From contig CAWCNY010000001.1 of NCBI GenBank assembly GCA_963797095.1, forward strand, positions 480,001-544,000: a stretch of DNA of 64,000 bases, given 5' to 3'. The notes under the pieces are model-generated. The model was not told where the DNA came from, ran no database searches, and saw only the letters and a list, made by a program, of their open reading frames with translations. The translations under genes were made by a program, and so were the position numbers. This DNA is from an uncultured Chloroflexia bacterium (lineage in GTDB: Bacteria; Chloroflexota; Chloroflexia; QHBQ01; JADMIH01). This document shows, one piece after another, positions 1-9,308 of the stretch (the stretch's first letter is position 1; each line of letters opens with the position of its first letter).

Positions 1-618
1 GGGATCGGTTGCTTTTGCTTCTGCGACGTAACGCTGGACGTCAGATCCCCACTGCACCTTCGAACCCAGTTCCTTCAGGGTGGTGAGCGTATAAGCAACG
101 TCGTCAGCCGTGAACGGCTGGCCGTCGCTCCAGGTTACGTTGGGGCGGATCTTGATTGTCAGAGACTTGTAGTCAGGGCCATACTTGTAGCTCTCCGCCA
201 GCCAAAGTATCTCCTGATCCGAGAAAGCGCTGTAGTAGGCGAGTGGCTCATAAACCACATTGTCGCCGAAGCCGGGGAACGCACCGATGGAGTAGGGATT
301 CCAGTTGTTGTAGTCGGCCCACTTGTTCTCGGGGCCATTCTGGACATCGATCAGGGTCCGGTTTCGGGGCACATCTTTGAGTTGGCCCGACGACGCTGCC
401 TGCGTGGCTGCGGGTGTGTCAGTGACGGCTGGCGCGGGCGCCGTAGTGGCAGCCGATGCGGCAGTAGGCGCTGATACCGCTGCAGCGGTATCGGTGGGGT
501 TGGGCAGCACAGGCGTCGGGGTGGCTACAGTGGTTCCAAGATCGCAGCCAGCCAGCAAAGTGACAACCAAGAACGAAAGGAGTACCAGAAGCCGATTTCT
601 ACGTTGCGCGCGAGACAT
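1..618 (-). CDS. ABC transporter substrate-binding lipoprotein, family 5 (N-terminal part; runs off window edge)
   Basis: Manual translation from ATG 618 (RBS AGGAG): MSRAQRRNRLLVLLSFLVVTLLAGC lipobox, Ala/Thr/Pro linker, then VPRNRTL...WLAESY...IRPNVTWSDGQPFTADDVAYT, the family 5 signature. Absent from the ORF track because it has no stop in the window. Confidence 0.9.
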   Translation of the reverse strand, partial: MSRAQRRNRLLVLLSFLVVTLLAGCDLGTTVATPTPVLPNPTDTAAAVSAPTAASAATTAPAPAVTDTPAATQAASSGQLKDVPRNRTLIDVQNGPENKWADYNNWNPYSIGAFPGFGDNVVYEPLAYYSAFSDQEILWLAESYKYGPDYKSLTIKIRPNVTWSDGQPFTADDVAYTLTTLKELGSKVQWGSDVQRYVAEAKATDP

Positions 619-861
619 AGCAACTCTCCTCGCCAGTCTATCGTGGCATCAAAGACAGACTGACAATAACCTCCGGGCCTGCCTCGATCTTAAACGACTG
701 CGAACCAGTCATAAGCTCACGTCGTCCAGATAAATACCTAACTCAGCTGGCCGAGGTGCAGAAACCTGACGTTATAGGAGGGGCCCAAGCGCTTGGTGCT
801 CTCCATTGAACGCCAGCGAAGTCACAGGTCCATCCGGCGAGTTTGGACGGAGACACTCACC

Positions 862-914
862 GTGAACGTTACCGTGAACGTTCACATCATACTACTGGAC
901 GGCTTGCATGTCAA
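862..914 (-). promoter_or_regulatory. Sigma70 promoter with tandem palindromic operator
   Basis: TTGACA (914-909), 17 bp spacer, TATGAT (891-886), then GTGAACGTTCAC (perfect palindrome, 874-885) and a second copy GTGAACGTTAC (862-872). Confidence 0.8.
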
Positions 915-1263
915 GGGCTTACCAGACGAAAGGTGCCGAGAGATCTGGGCTTACCTCCATATCGAGCAAGAGAGTTCCGTTATCTCGTTGGCTTTCAGAT
1001 TAACCCGGTCGACTGCTCGGTAGGATAGTTATCTCGTGCGCTTGTACCTTCGCATTCGTAACCTCTTCTGGCGTTCGCCTGTGTGCCCTCGTACCATCGT
1101 CGCTGAGCACTTGCCCACTCTGGTTGCCCCAATGCCCGTCGCACCCTTCGTCAGAGGGAAATCGTGCGATTAGTTGGATTGGCGGTGGTGTGCTTATGGG
1201 TAGTGGTCTGGCTGAGCGACTGTAGCTGCTTGTAAGCCCATCTGTAAAGCACAGAATTATCTG

Positions 1264-2085
1264 GGATCTCCCGCGCTTTTGGTGAAGCAGCATGGCGGGC
1301 CTCAAACATTGTAGAATCTAGTGAGCAGCCTTCCAAATTTAATCCCCACTAATCCTCTGCTGCTCCTGGAAGACTATGCCGTGCTTGCTCAATTCTTATT
1401 GCCAGCGCCAGGAACCCTCGATTTGCGGGCCATCTTTGCTGATGCCACTGGCCTCACCCTCGTGGTGGCTACAACTGCCGCCCACGTATCTTGTCCTACT
1501 TGCGAGGAACCGACCACTCGCCGCCACAGCCACTATCAGCGCATGCTTGCTGATGTTCCCTGGGCCGCCCTTGCCGTCCGTCTGCACCTGCAGACCCGCC
1601 GCTTCTTCTGTCCCAATCCCTTCTGCCCACAGCGTATCTTCACTGAACGCTTTCCGGCGCTCGCTGCCCCTTCTGCCCGCCGTACCGCTCGCCTGACCAC
1701 CCTCTTGCACAGCGTGGGTCAGGCACTTGGTGGCGAACCCGGCGCTCGCCTCAGCCAACAGCTGAGCCTGCTTACAAACTTGCGCAGGAACTTGGGGCGA
1801 TAGTGCGCGAGCACAAGCGGATGGAGTTTGATGGTTGGCTCCAACAAGCACTAGACAGTGGAGTGGAGGAGATGGTACGATTCGCCCGTGGATTGCGGGG
1901 GGACTATGCAGCGGTAGCCGCAGCAATTGAACTGGCTTTTAGCAATGGACCGACGGAAGGCCACGTCAATCGCCTGAAAGCCGTCAAACGGACCATGTTC
2001 GGGCGGGCTAAGTTCGACTTACTACGCAAGAGGGTGCTCTATGCCAGTTGACAGCAGGTCCATTCACCAAAAGCGCGGGAGATCC
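1264..2085 (+). mobile_element. Internally deleted ISL3-family element
   Basis: Perfect 23-bp IRs GGATCTCCCGCGCTTTTGGTGAA (1264-1286 / 2063-2085). N-terminal zinc finger (CPTC...RRFFCPNPFC) is joined out of frame at about 1767 to the C-terminal SNGPTEGHVNRLKAVKR motif. Confidence 0.9.
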
Positions 2086-2596
2086 TGTGTGCTTTTTTGC
2101 GGACAATTCCGGCGCGCCCTGTATGATTTCTTAGGGCTTGGTGTCAGCTTTTTTATGATTGCCGGGCCTACAGCCGCGCGGTTAGAAGGCCAAATCAAAG
2201 GCTTGGCCTACAAGCTACTTCCTGCCTTGAGCATAGATTCGGTCTTGAGCCGCAAAAGGAGAAACATGAAGGGAAATGGGCCTCTATTCGGGCGTCCCGT
2301 CGCGCTCTCTTCTTTGAGCGAGGTGCTGTAGTTGCCAATCATGCACGCCGGCCAGCCAATCCTTGTCGAACGTGGCCGATGGCCCGATCCTTGGGTCGCC
2401 AGAGCCTCGAGCACTCGCAGCTGCGTGTCCGACAGCCGACCTCGGACAATAGCTGCACACAGGAGTGACGATGAACCGGTCAGAAGGGTGAAGTTCAAAC
2501 AGTGCCTCTGCTTTCATCATGATATACTTTGTGTCTGGATGAGCAGTAAGCCCAGCCATATATAGCTTAACCAAAAATCAGAAGAGGAAGGTCAGC

Positions 2597-3298
2597 ATGC
2601 TAGCGAAAAATCGCGCTGTCCACAATGACGACCTGAGCAAATTACCGCTATTCGAAGGGCTGAGCCACGCGGACCTGGCAACTGTCAACAATATGCTCCA
2701 CCGCAAGATATCTCCAGAAGGCACCAACTTTATAAGCTCCGATCAGCCGGGCGAAGTCGTCTACCTAATCGAGCACGGCACTGTAAAAGTGCATGCTGAG
2801 CAGGCAGACGGCACCGACGTCATAATCGCTATTCTGGGGCAAGGAGAAATAGTGGGCGAGATAGCCATCCTGGAAAAGACACCCCGCACCGCCAGCGTCG
2901 TAACGCTCGAGCGAACGCAGCTTCTATGGATGTCGGGTGCCGACTTCCTCCAATGTCTCAATACTATGCCTCTGATGTCCATAAACCTTCTGCGTATGCT
3001 CGCGAAAAGGCTACGCTTGTCGAGTGCGCAGATACAGTCACTGGCAGCCCATGACGTGTACGGGCGGGTAGCACGCCAGATATTGGCGTTTGCCCAGGAA
3101 TACGGTGACACAGCACCTAATGGAGACATTGTGATACCCCTGCGTATTACACAGAGCGAGATAGCAGAGCTGGTAGGGGCATCAAGAGTGCGCGTCAACC
3201 AGGTACTCGTCTACTATAAGCAGCAGAAGTATATCTCGGTGGACCAGCACCATCGGATAAGCGTTCGAAATTACCAGGCGTTGGCTCAACGACAATAG
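2597..3298 (+). CDS. Crp/Fnr-family transcriptional regulator
   Basis: cNMP-binding cassette GEIAILEKTPRTASV and C-terminal HTH ITQSEIAELVGASRVRVNQ. Confidence 0.93.
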   Translation: MLAKNRAVHNDDLSKLPLFEGLSHADLATVNNMLHRKISPEGTNFISSDQPGEVVYLIEHGTVKVHAEQADGTDVIIAILGQGEIVGEIAILEKTPRTASVVTLERTQLLWMSGADFLQCLNTMPLMSINLLRMLAKRLRLSSAQIQSLAAHDVYGRVARQILAFAQEYGDTAPNGDIVIPLRITQSEIAELVGASRVRVNQVLVYYKQQKYISVDQHHRISVRNYQALAQRQ

Positions 3299-3900
3299 GC
3301 ACACTATATAGGAGGAGCCGCAAGGTTTTCGAGGAGCCGGACAACAGCGAGCAAATCACGAACGTGGTGTGTGGCCTTGGCATCGTCACGCGCCACAAAG
3401 GCAACAACAGAAAAGCCCGCGATTTGTTCGGCCTGGATCTGGCAACAGCGCCACTAGAGTGCTGCCATCTCCAATTCTCTGCACCTCATCGACTTCCCAA
3501 TTCACTCACTCGTTAGACTTTGACGCAGCCCGGAGCGGGCGTTCCTTGGTACTTGACGAGAGAGCAAACTCATGATAGTGTTTGCTATCCGGCGCTGCTG
3601 GAGGCGGGCTGCGTTTGCTGCCACACCTTTGAGACAGCCGTTATTCGTATTGCATGGTCGGATGGCGCAACGGTGAGCAGTTCTATGACGAGCTATTCAG
3701 CCCCTGGTCACCGCTGTATCTTCGAGGCCGCCCCAGCGTGGGGACTGTAGCATATTTGACTCCGGGAATATCAATCATTTGGCTGTAAGGGTTATGCCGC
3801 GCATCTATAATGACCTTGTAGGAAAGAGGTTCAGCATAACGTAGCGACCTCTAAGTGTTGTCAGGTCAGCAAAGAAGCATAAGACGAAAGGAGAAATGAA

Positions 3901-4260
3901 ATGGAGAAGAACGCCACCGATCAGAAAGTGCTGTTGCTTACAGACGAATCGGGGAGCCACTATGCGATCCCATTCGAGGCTCTCGAGCGATACCGAGTAA
4001 GTGATGAGCAAAGGTCCGAGATAGAAGGTCTGCTCGGCCCTGACGTCTCTGGCTACGGAATGTTTGAGCAGTCTGTGGCCGAGCACAGGGCTGCCCAGTA
4101 CCAGGCAGACAGGCAGGACGAGGCCGCCCGCGAGAGGCTTCTGAAATCGGCTGGAGAGAGTGCAGATGTTGAGGCAGGGTCGTTGCCGGGGCGTGGGTTC
4201 TTCACCGGGGTGGTGGCCACCTTGCGCTCTATGTCGCGTGTTGTACCCGAACAGGCGTAG
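3901..4260 (+). CDS. Small acidic hypothetical protein (possible peptide precursor)
   Basis: RBS AAAGGAG, TATAAT at 3806-3811, 119 aa. Contains LLLTDESGSHYAIP, DVSGY and DVEAG motifs. Confidence 0.7.
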   Translation: MEKNATDQKVLLLTDESGSHYAIPFEALERYRVSDEQRSEIEGLLGPDVSGYGMFEQSVAEHRAAQYQADRQDEAARERLLKSAGESADVEAGSLPGRGFFTGVVATLRSMSRVVPEQA

Positions 4261-4542
4261 CTTATCACAAGGTTCTCTTTCTGGTTAGTCCCCGGTTGTT
4301 TCCTAGCTCTCTCGTAAAATAGGCGGCGGGTGTAGTCCATCCGCATCACTGTAGCGACGTAGAGGATAGGACGAAACGCTGCGAGCACTCCCCCCAGGCG
4401 ATTAGTGCTTCCCTGTCCCCCACGATGACCTTCTCCGCGCTGCCTTCGAAGCCAATGGCGATATGTCCTTAAGACGGTGGGCGATGCTTTCTGTACTGCT
4501 TTTCCCACAGCCCCTCAACTCGACTGATCTGAAAATCGTGGC

Positions 4543-6023
4543 TCAAGCTGCCTCAACCACGGGGGCCAGTGTCACCTGGAAGCCGAGTTTTTCAATCTGC
4601 TTCGCCAACCTTCTTGCGGTGGCCTCTGGTCTGCGCTTCTCGAAGTAATCAGCTCCCAACTCTCGATAGGGCTCCTTACGAAGGATAACATGGTAAGCTA
4701 TCACCAAAATCGAATGAGCTACCGCCACCAAAGCCCGCTTGTCCCCACGTCTGGTGACCAACCGCCGGTACTGGGCCGCCAGGTACGTCCCTCTGGTGCG
4801 TACCGCCGCCCGTGCTGCTTGCACAAGTCCCACCCGAAGCCACGCGTCTCCTTTGCGCGTCTTGCCCGACCGCCTCTTACCCGCACTCTCGTTGTTCCCA
4901 GGTGCCACTCCCGCCCAGGCTGCCAGGTGTCCGGCCGTCGGGAAACGGGTCATGTCCGTCCCGATCTCGGCCACCAACATCTCAGCCACCAACATCTCAG
5001 CCACCAACATCTCAGCCACCAACATCTCAGCCACCAACATCTCAGCCACCAACATCTCAGCCACCAACATCTCAGCCACCAACATCTCAGCCACCAACAT
5101 CTCAGCCACCAACATCTCAGCCACCAACATCTCAGCCACCAACATCTCAGCCACCAACATCTCAGCCACCAACATCTCAGCCACCAACATCTCAGCCAAC
5201 TCCCGCCCTACACCCGGGATTGTATCAAGCAAGCTGATCACCTCTTCGTTCCCATCAGCCTGACACGCTGCGCGGATCTCGTCATCAAAGTGGTCAATCG
5301 TTTCGTCCAGAGAGTCGATCTGGCACAACAACTCGGTCAACAGGAAGCGGTGATGAGGTCGCACTCTGCTTCTCAAGGCCCCTTCCAATTCGGAGCGTTT
5401 GCTGCGCAGCCTCCCCACCGCCAAACTGGCAAGCACTTTGGCATCGGTTTCGCCACTGATGATGGCCGTAAGGATCGCCCGCCCCGACACACCCATCACA
5501 TTGGTAGCTACATCGCCCAGCTTGAGGTTAGCTCCCTCACGTCCTTCGTCCTCAGCACTTTCTGCACACGGTTCACCAACGTAGCTCGCTGGCGCACGAA
5601 GTTGGTGCGCTCACGGGTCAAGTCTCGCAAGTCACGCTGAGATTGTGGTGGGATGAAGGAGGGCTGCACTAAACCATGACGCAGCAAATCAGCCAACCAC
5701 TCGGCGTCTTTGACATCTATCTTGCGGCCAGGCAGCTTCTTTACGTGCTGGGCATTGAGTACCCAGACAGTGAAATTGCCTTCCAACAGGTTGAAGATGG
5801 GTTTCCAATAGACCCCGGTGCTTTCGAGGGCTACATGTGTCACTCCCCCCTCGCTCAACCAGTCACTGAGATGCAGCAATTCGGGGATGGTGGTGCCAAA
5901 GGAGCGGGTCTGGGTCTCGCTGTGAGGCGACACAGTGGACCCTGCAAGCATTCGACACGCTACCACACTTTGTTTATGCACGTCCAATCCAGCGCAGCGC
6001 TCAAACATTACGTTCATCGCCAA
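4543..6023 (-). pseudogene. IS110 DEDD recombinase, frameshifted and repeat-expanded
   Basis: GLDVHK and ALESTGVYW (RuvC-like DEDD) plus PGNNESAGK (catalytic Ser). A ~14-nt insertion near 5540-5554 breaks VL|EGANLKLG. Confidence 0.9.
4964..5197. repeat. 15-bp tandem repeat x15 (EMLVA) inside the IS110 recombinase
   Basis: ATCTCAGCCACCAAC, 15 full copies plus a partial, in frame. Confidence 0.95.
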
Positions 6024-6085
6024 TACCTCCTGAGTTCATTGAGCTCAACAAGGGCGAGTTGTCGAGGCTGGATATCGGCGGGGAG

Positions 6086-6257
6086 GAGGATACCCGATGG
6101 ATCAGAAACTGATCTACGCGCTTCCAGCTTCCATTGCACAGAGTGGGCCGTGGAAAACGGAGCAGCAAATGGTGGTGCTTGCGGGTATCCGGGTCAGTCT
6201 TTGTATCAGGCTCATAGCACCAAGTCGAGGCGACCGCATGGTTCGCCGAATCCATCC
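6086..6257 (-). ncRNA. Predicted IS110 bridge RNA (about 170 nt)
   Basis: -10-like TATGCT (6269-6264). 5' hairpin ATGGATTCGGCGAACCAT. Target loop 6235-6191 carries CTCGACT and TACAAAG, matching the insertion site. Second loop closed by GGATACCCG/CGGGTATCC contains AGATCAG, matching the element end. Confidence 0.8.
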
Positions 6258-6851
6258 ATTGCTAGCATACATCTATACACCCATTTTCATCCGGGGTGGT
6301 GACCGTGACCCGGGGGTCATGGCGTCTTTGTACACTTTCAGTATTGCGGCCAAACACGAACTTCGATATCTTCATTCGCACGCGCGAGAGTTTTCAACAT
6401 CCCCCCTTCGCGTGATGCGTGAAAAAGCCTCGAACGAGTACTCGAGTACTGGTGCCCGCACGAACCATGCCCCTCAGTAAGCTGCAAAAGTGTACAAAGT
6501 CGAGCTCAGGCTCTGCAAGCTGCCTTCAATGCCCGGTACTCGCCCCATTCAGAGCAGTGGCCTTCGGAAACCGGGCATATGAAGGTGCGCATGGCGCTAT
6601 TTGTACGGGCAGCCACGAAGCGAAGAGGGGATTACTTCAGCCAACCTGTCAATCGCTTGGCTGGCCTCCTTTCTGCCGGGCGCGGCGGGCAGGGGCTCTT
6701 GTTCTTGTCCGATCCCGCATATCAATAGCCTCCCGTTGCAGCCTACTCCATGGACAGGCAGAGAAAAGGAGATGGCTGCTATTGAGATTCTGCTGTTTGG
6801 GGCATGGGGCAGCCGAGGCGATGTAATTGCCGGCAATGGAGGGTCGTCCAT

Positions 6852-7757
6852 ATGGATAATGAACCTAGAATGGCGTCCTATGACGAGGCTGAGCACGCGC
6901 AGAGGACGATTGAGCAGCAGGCCCGGGAGATAGAGCACCTGCGACGCCGCCTTGCCGACGAGCAGGTGGCGACCCAACTTCGACAAGCTCTGGCACTAGT
7001 CTCGATGACCGGCACAATAGCCTCGCCAGTCAGTCACAATCATCTTCTCGAGATGATCGTCGAGACAGCTGCTCAGGTCATCGAGGCAAGTGCCGCCTCC
7101 CTCTTCCTCACAGATCACGAGAGCCAGCAACTCGTGTTCGAAGTGGCGCTGGGTGAGAAGGGCCAAGAGGTAAAGAAGTTCACCGTTCCGATGGGCCATG
7201 GTATCGCTGGCCTGGTGGCGGTGAGCGGCCAACCCATGGCTATCTCCAACGCCCAACAAGACCCTCGTCAAGCGGCAGACATAGCTAAGAGTGTTGGCTA
7301 TATGCCCGAGAGCATCCTCTGCGTGCCCCTCTTCTACAACGAGGAGATAATCGGCGTGCTCGAGTTGCTCGACAAAAAAGGTGCGCCGTCCTTTGATGCT
7401 GCCGATATGCACCTGCTAGGTGTCTTTGCGAGACAGGCCGCCGTCGCTATCGAGCAATCGCTTACTCACCACAACTTGGCTGCCCTCGTAGCCGAGGTGC
7501 TGGCCTCGCTCGGCAACGTGCCCGAGCAGCAAAAGAAGTCATTGCAGGCGAGCATCAGGACCTTCGTGGGCAACATGGAAGCCGATCTGACTTACCGCCA
7601 GGCGCTGGAGCTTGCCCGGCTCGTGCAGGAGATAGCCACACAAGGCAATGGTGAGTTGAAGGCTTGCCGCGCCATCCTTGAAAGCTTTGCGGAATACCTG
7701 CGCTCGCGCCCAGCTATTCTCAGCGAGAGCGACGAAGCAGGAGGGGTGTGGGGATGA
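6852..7757 (+). CDS. GAF-domain protein with no output domain
   Basis: N-terminal coiled coil, GAF (GHGIAGLVA...SILCVPL...IGVLELLDKKGAPSFDAAD), helical tail; RBS GGAGG. Confidence 0.88.
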   Translation: MDNEPRMASYDEAEHAQRTIEQQAREIEHLRRRLADEQVATQLRQALALVSMTGTIASPVSHNHLLEMIVETAAQVIEASAASLFLTDHESQQLVFEVALGEKGQEVKKFTVPMGHGIAGLVAVSGQPMAISNAQQDPRQAADIAKSVGYMPESILCVPLFYNEEIIGVLELLDKKGAPSFDAADMHLLGVFARQAAVAIEQSLTHHNLAALVAEVLASLGNVPEQQKKSLQASIRTFVGNMEADLTYRQALELARLVQEIATQGNGELKACRAILESFAEYLRSRPAILSESDEAGGVWG

Positions 7758-8593
7758 TTCGTCCTGCCTGGAGCCAGCAGTTCGTCGCGGATGCTCTCAA
7801 GGAACTCAGCCCGATCCTGCCTATTGATAACGTTACAGCCGAATGGGCCTGGGGAGGCAGCACGGGCAAGGGCGTGAAGGTTGCCATCATCGATAGCGGC
7901 ATCGAGGCTTCCCATCCTGCCATAGGCGGCAGGGTCAGGGGGTACGTTTCCATCGCCGAAGGTCCGGATGGCCCTGTTTACAACACCGAAGCACATGAGG
8001 ACGCCTATGGGCATGGAACCGCCTGTGCCGGCATCGTGCGCACGTTGGCTCCTGATTGCGATCTTTATAGCGTGCAGGTGCTGGGACCGGCGCTGACTGG
8101 GCGCGGCGCTATTTATGTTGCAGGGCTGCGCTGGGCTGTCCAGCACGGCATGAATGTGTGCAACATGAGCCTGGGCACCACCAAGAAGGAGTTCTACGCG
8201 GCGCTGCACGAGCTTGCTGACCTTGCTTCTTTTCGCAATACGATGCTGGTCACAGCGGCCAATAACATGCCTATCCCGAGCTTCCCCTCCATGTTTGCCT
8301 CCGTCATCTCGGTCGCCGCCCACGACCTGAAAGAACCGGGAGTCTTCTTCTATAACCCACAGCCTCCTGTCGAGTTTGGCGCGCCGGGTATCGACGTGCA
8401 GGTGCCCTGGCGAGGCGGCGGTTGGATTACAGCCACAGGCAATAGCTTTGCCGCGCCGCACATGGCAGGCCTGGTCACGCGAATACTCGCCAAGCACCCA
8501 GATCTTACCGTCTTTCAGATGAAGGTGATCTTGCGTGCCCTTGCCGCAAACATGTTCCACCAGGAAGACGAACGAGCACGTAGAACAGGCTGA
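7754..8593 (+). CDS. S8 subtilisin-like serine peptidase, no signal peptide
   Basis: Triad AIIDSG, GHGTAC, GNSFAAP and oxyanion AANN. ATGA overlap with the GAF gene. Confidence 0.93.
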   Translation: MIRPAWSQQFVADALKELSPILPIDNVTAEWAWGGSTGKGVKVAIIDSGIEASHPAIGGRVRGYVSIAEGPDGPVYNTEAHEDAYGHGTACAGIVRTLAPDCDLYSVQVLGPALTGRGAIYVAGLRWAVQHGMNVCNMSLGTTKKEFYAALHELADLASFRNTMLVTAANNMPIPSFPSMFASVISVAAHDLKEPGVFFYNPQPPVEFGAPGIDVQVPWRGGGWITATGNSFAAPHMAGLVTRILAKHPDLTVFQMKVILRALAANMFHQEDERARRTG

Positions 8594-9177
8594 CATGAAT
8601 GATGGCTGAATTGCGGCGCTGCCGATTGTGCCATACCTCGATATGGTCGAGGATCGACCGGTGTGCTTGAGCCCTCCATGCGTAAGCGCCGGTCGCATAC
8701 TCAGCCTTGAGGGTTGATCAAAAGCTCTCGACTATTGTGTTTACTGCGTTGTCGTGACAATCCCCCTTCCCGCTCATGCTCAGGTCCATGTGGTGCGCGC
8801 GGAGCAACTGCTGGTAGCCGCGCGAAGCGTACTGACTATCTCCACCAGTTCATTCGGATGACTCTGGGCTTGGCAGTCCTGGTGCTTGGGAAGGCTTGCT
8901 CCAGGTTACCCCCTCCTTATTGAGTACCTCCTCCCACGGGTGCAGTTACCCTTGGTACAGACCCGGTTCTCGTTCCAACTCAGTCTTGGTTTTGCCGCTG
9001 CTTTTCAGCAACCACAGTGCCTCTAACTTGAACTCGTTGCTGTATACTTTCTTCAGTGGCCTTGCTGGCCTTGCTGGCCTTGCTGGTCCTGTCGGTTGGA
9101 TGGATTGGGACTTGTCAGGTATCATTTAGTGGTCCCTCCATATTGTGGGCCTGAGTCTTTCTCAGCCCACAATATGG
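8590..9177 (-). pseudogene. Degenerate, internally deleted IS3-family remnant
   Basis: Manual translation: OrfA KKVYSNEFKLEAL...SGKTKTELERE (9125-8946, stop) and Orf[13 protein letters not shown]...[12 protein letters not shown]...ESF*STLKAE...IEVWHNRQRRNS. Confidence 0.8.
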
Positions 9178-9179
9178 GG

Positions 9180-9308
9180 AAGCTCGGTTGCGCTCGCACG
9201 CTGGGTGGTAATATGCAGAAGAAGTTTGAGAAAGCAAGGACAGACGGGAGCGTCATGAGCATGGAGGAGGCTGTTGCCTACTCGTTGGAGGACACAAGCG
9301 GTGAGTGA
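9180..9308 (+). pseudogene. C-terminal remnant of a paralogous STAND-TPR gene
   Basis: FEKARTDGSVMSMEEAVAYSLE resembles the tail YEKAWQEGQAMSMEQTIEYALR of the downstream gene. Confidence 0.65.

Larger units (their letters stand above)
4524..6327 (-). mobile_element. IS110-family element
   Basis: CT core at both junctions (4524-4525, 6326-6327), subterminal GATGAAAAT / ATTTTCAG repeats, and about 300 bp non-coding upstream of the transposase. Confidence 0.9.
4510..6512. mobile_element. About 200-bp MITE-like inverted-repeat element, left arm split by IS110
   Basis: Removing IS110 gives CCTCAACTCGACTTTGTACACTTT. The reverse complement of 6487-6510 is CCTGAGCTCGACTTTGTACACTTT (18-bp perfect core). 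Confidence 0.65.

Noticed and set aside
1120-1165. CTGACGA on the minus strand as a hammerhead core
   Set aside because: No properly placed stem II, GAAA or cleavage triplet could be built.
2208-2574. Overlapping short ORFs upstream of the Crp gene
   Set aside because: No recognisable motif or convincing RBS.
3300-3900. Crp or Fnr box upstream of the small ORF
   Set aside because: No TGTGA-N6-TCACA or TTGAT-N4-ATCAA match found by eye.
4690-5640. ORFs with HQHLS, ISATN and QPPTS repeats that look like repeat proteins or RiPP precursors
   Set aside because: They are antisense frames of the stop-free 15-bp repeat inside the IS110 gene.
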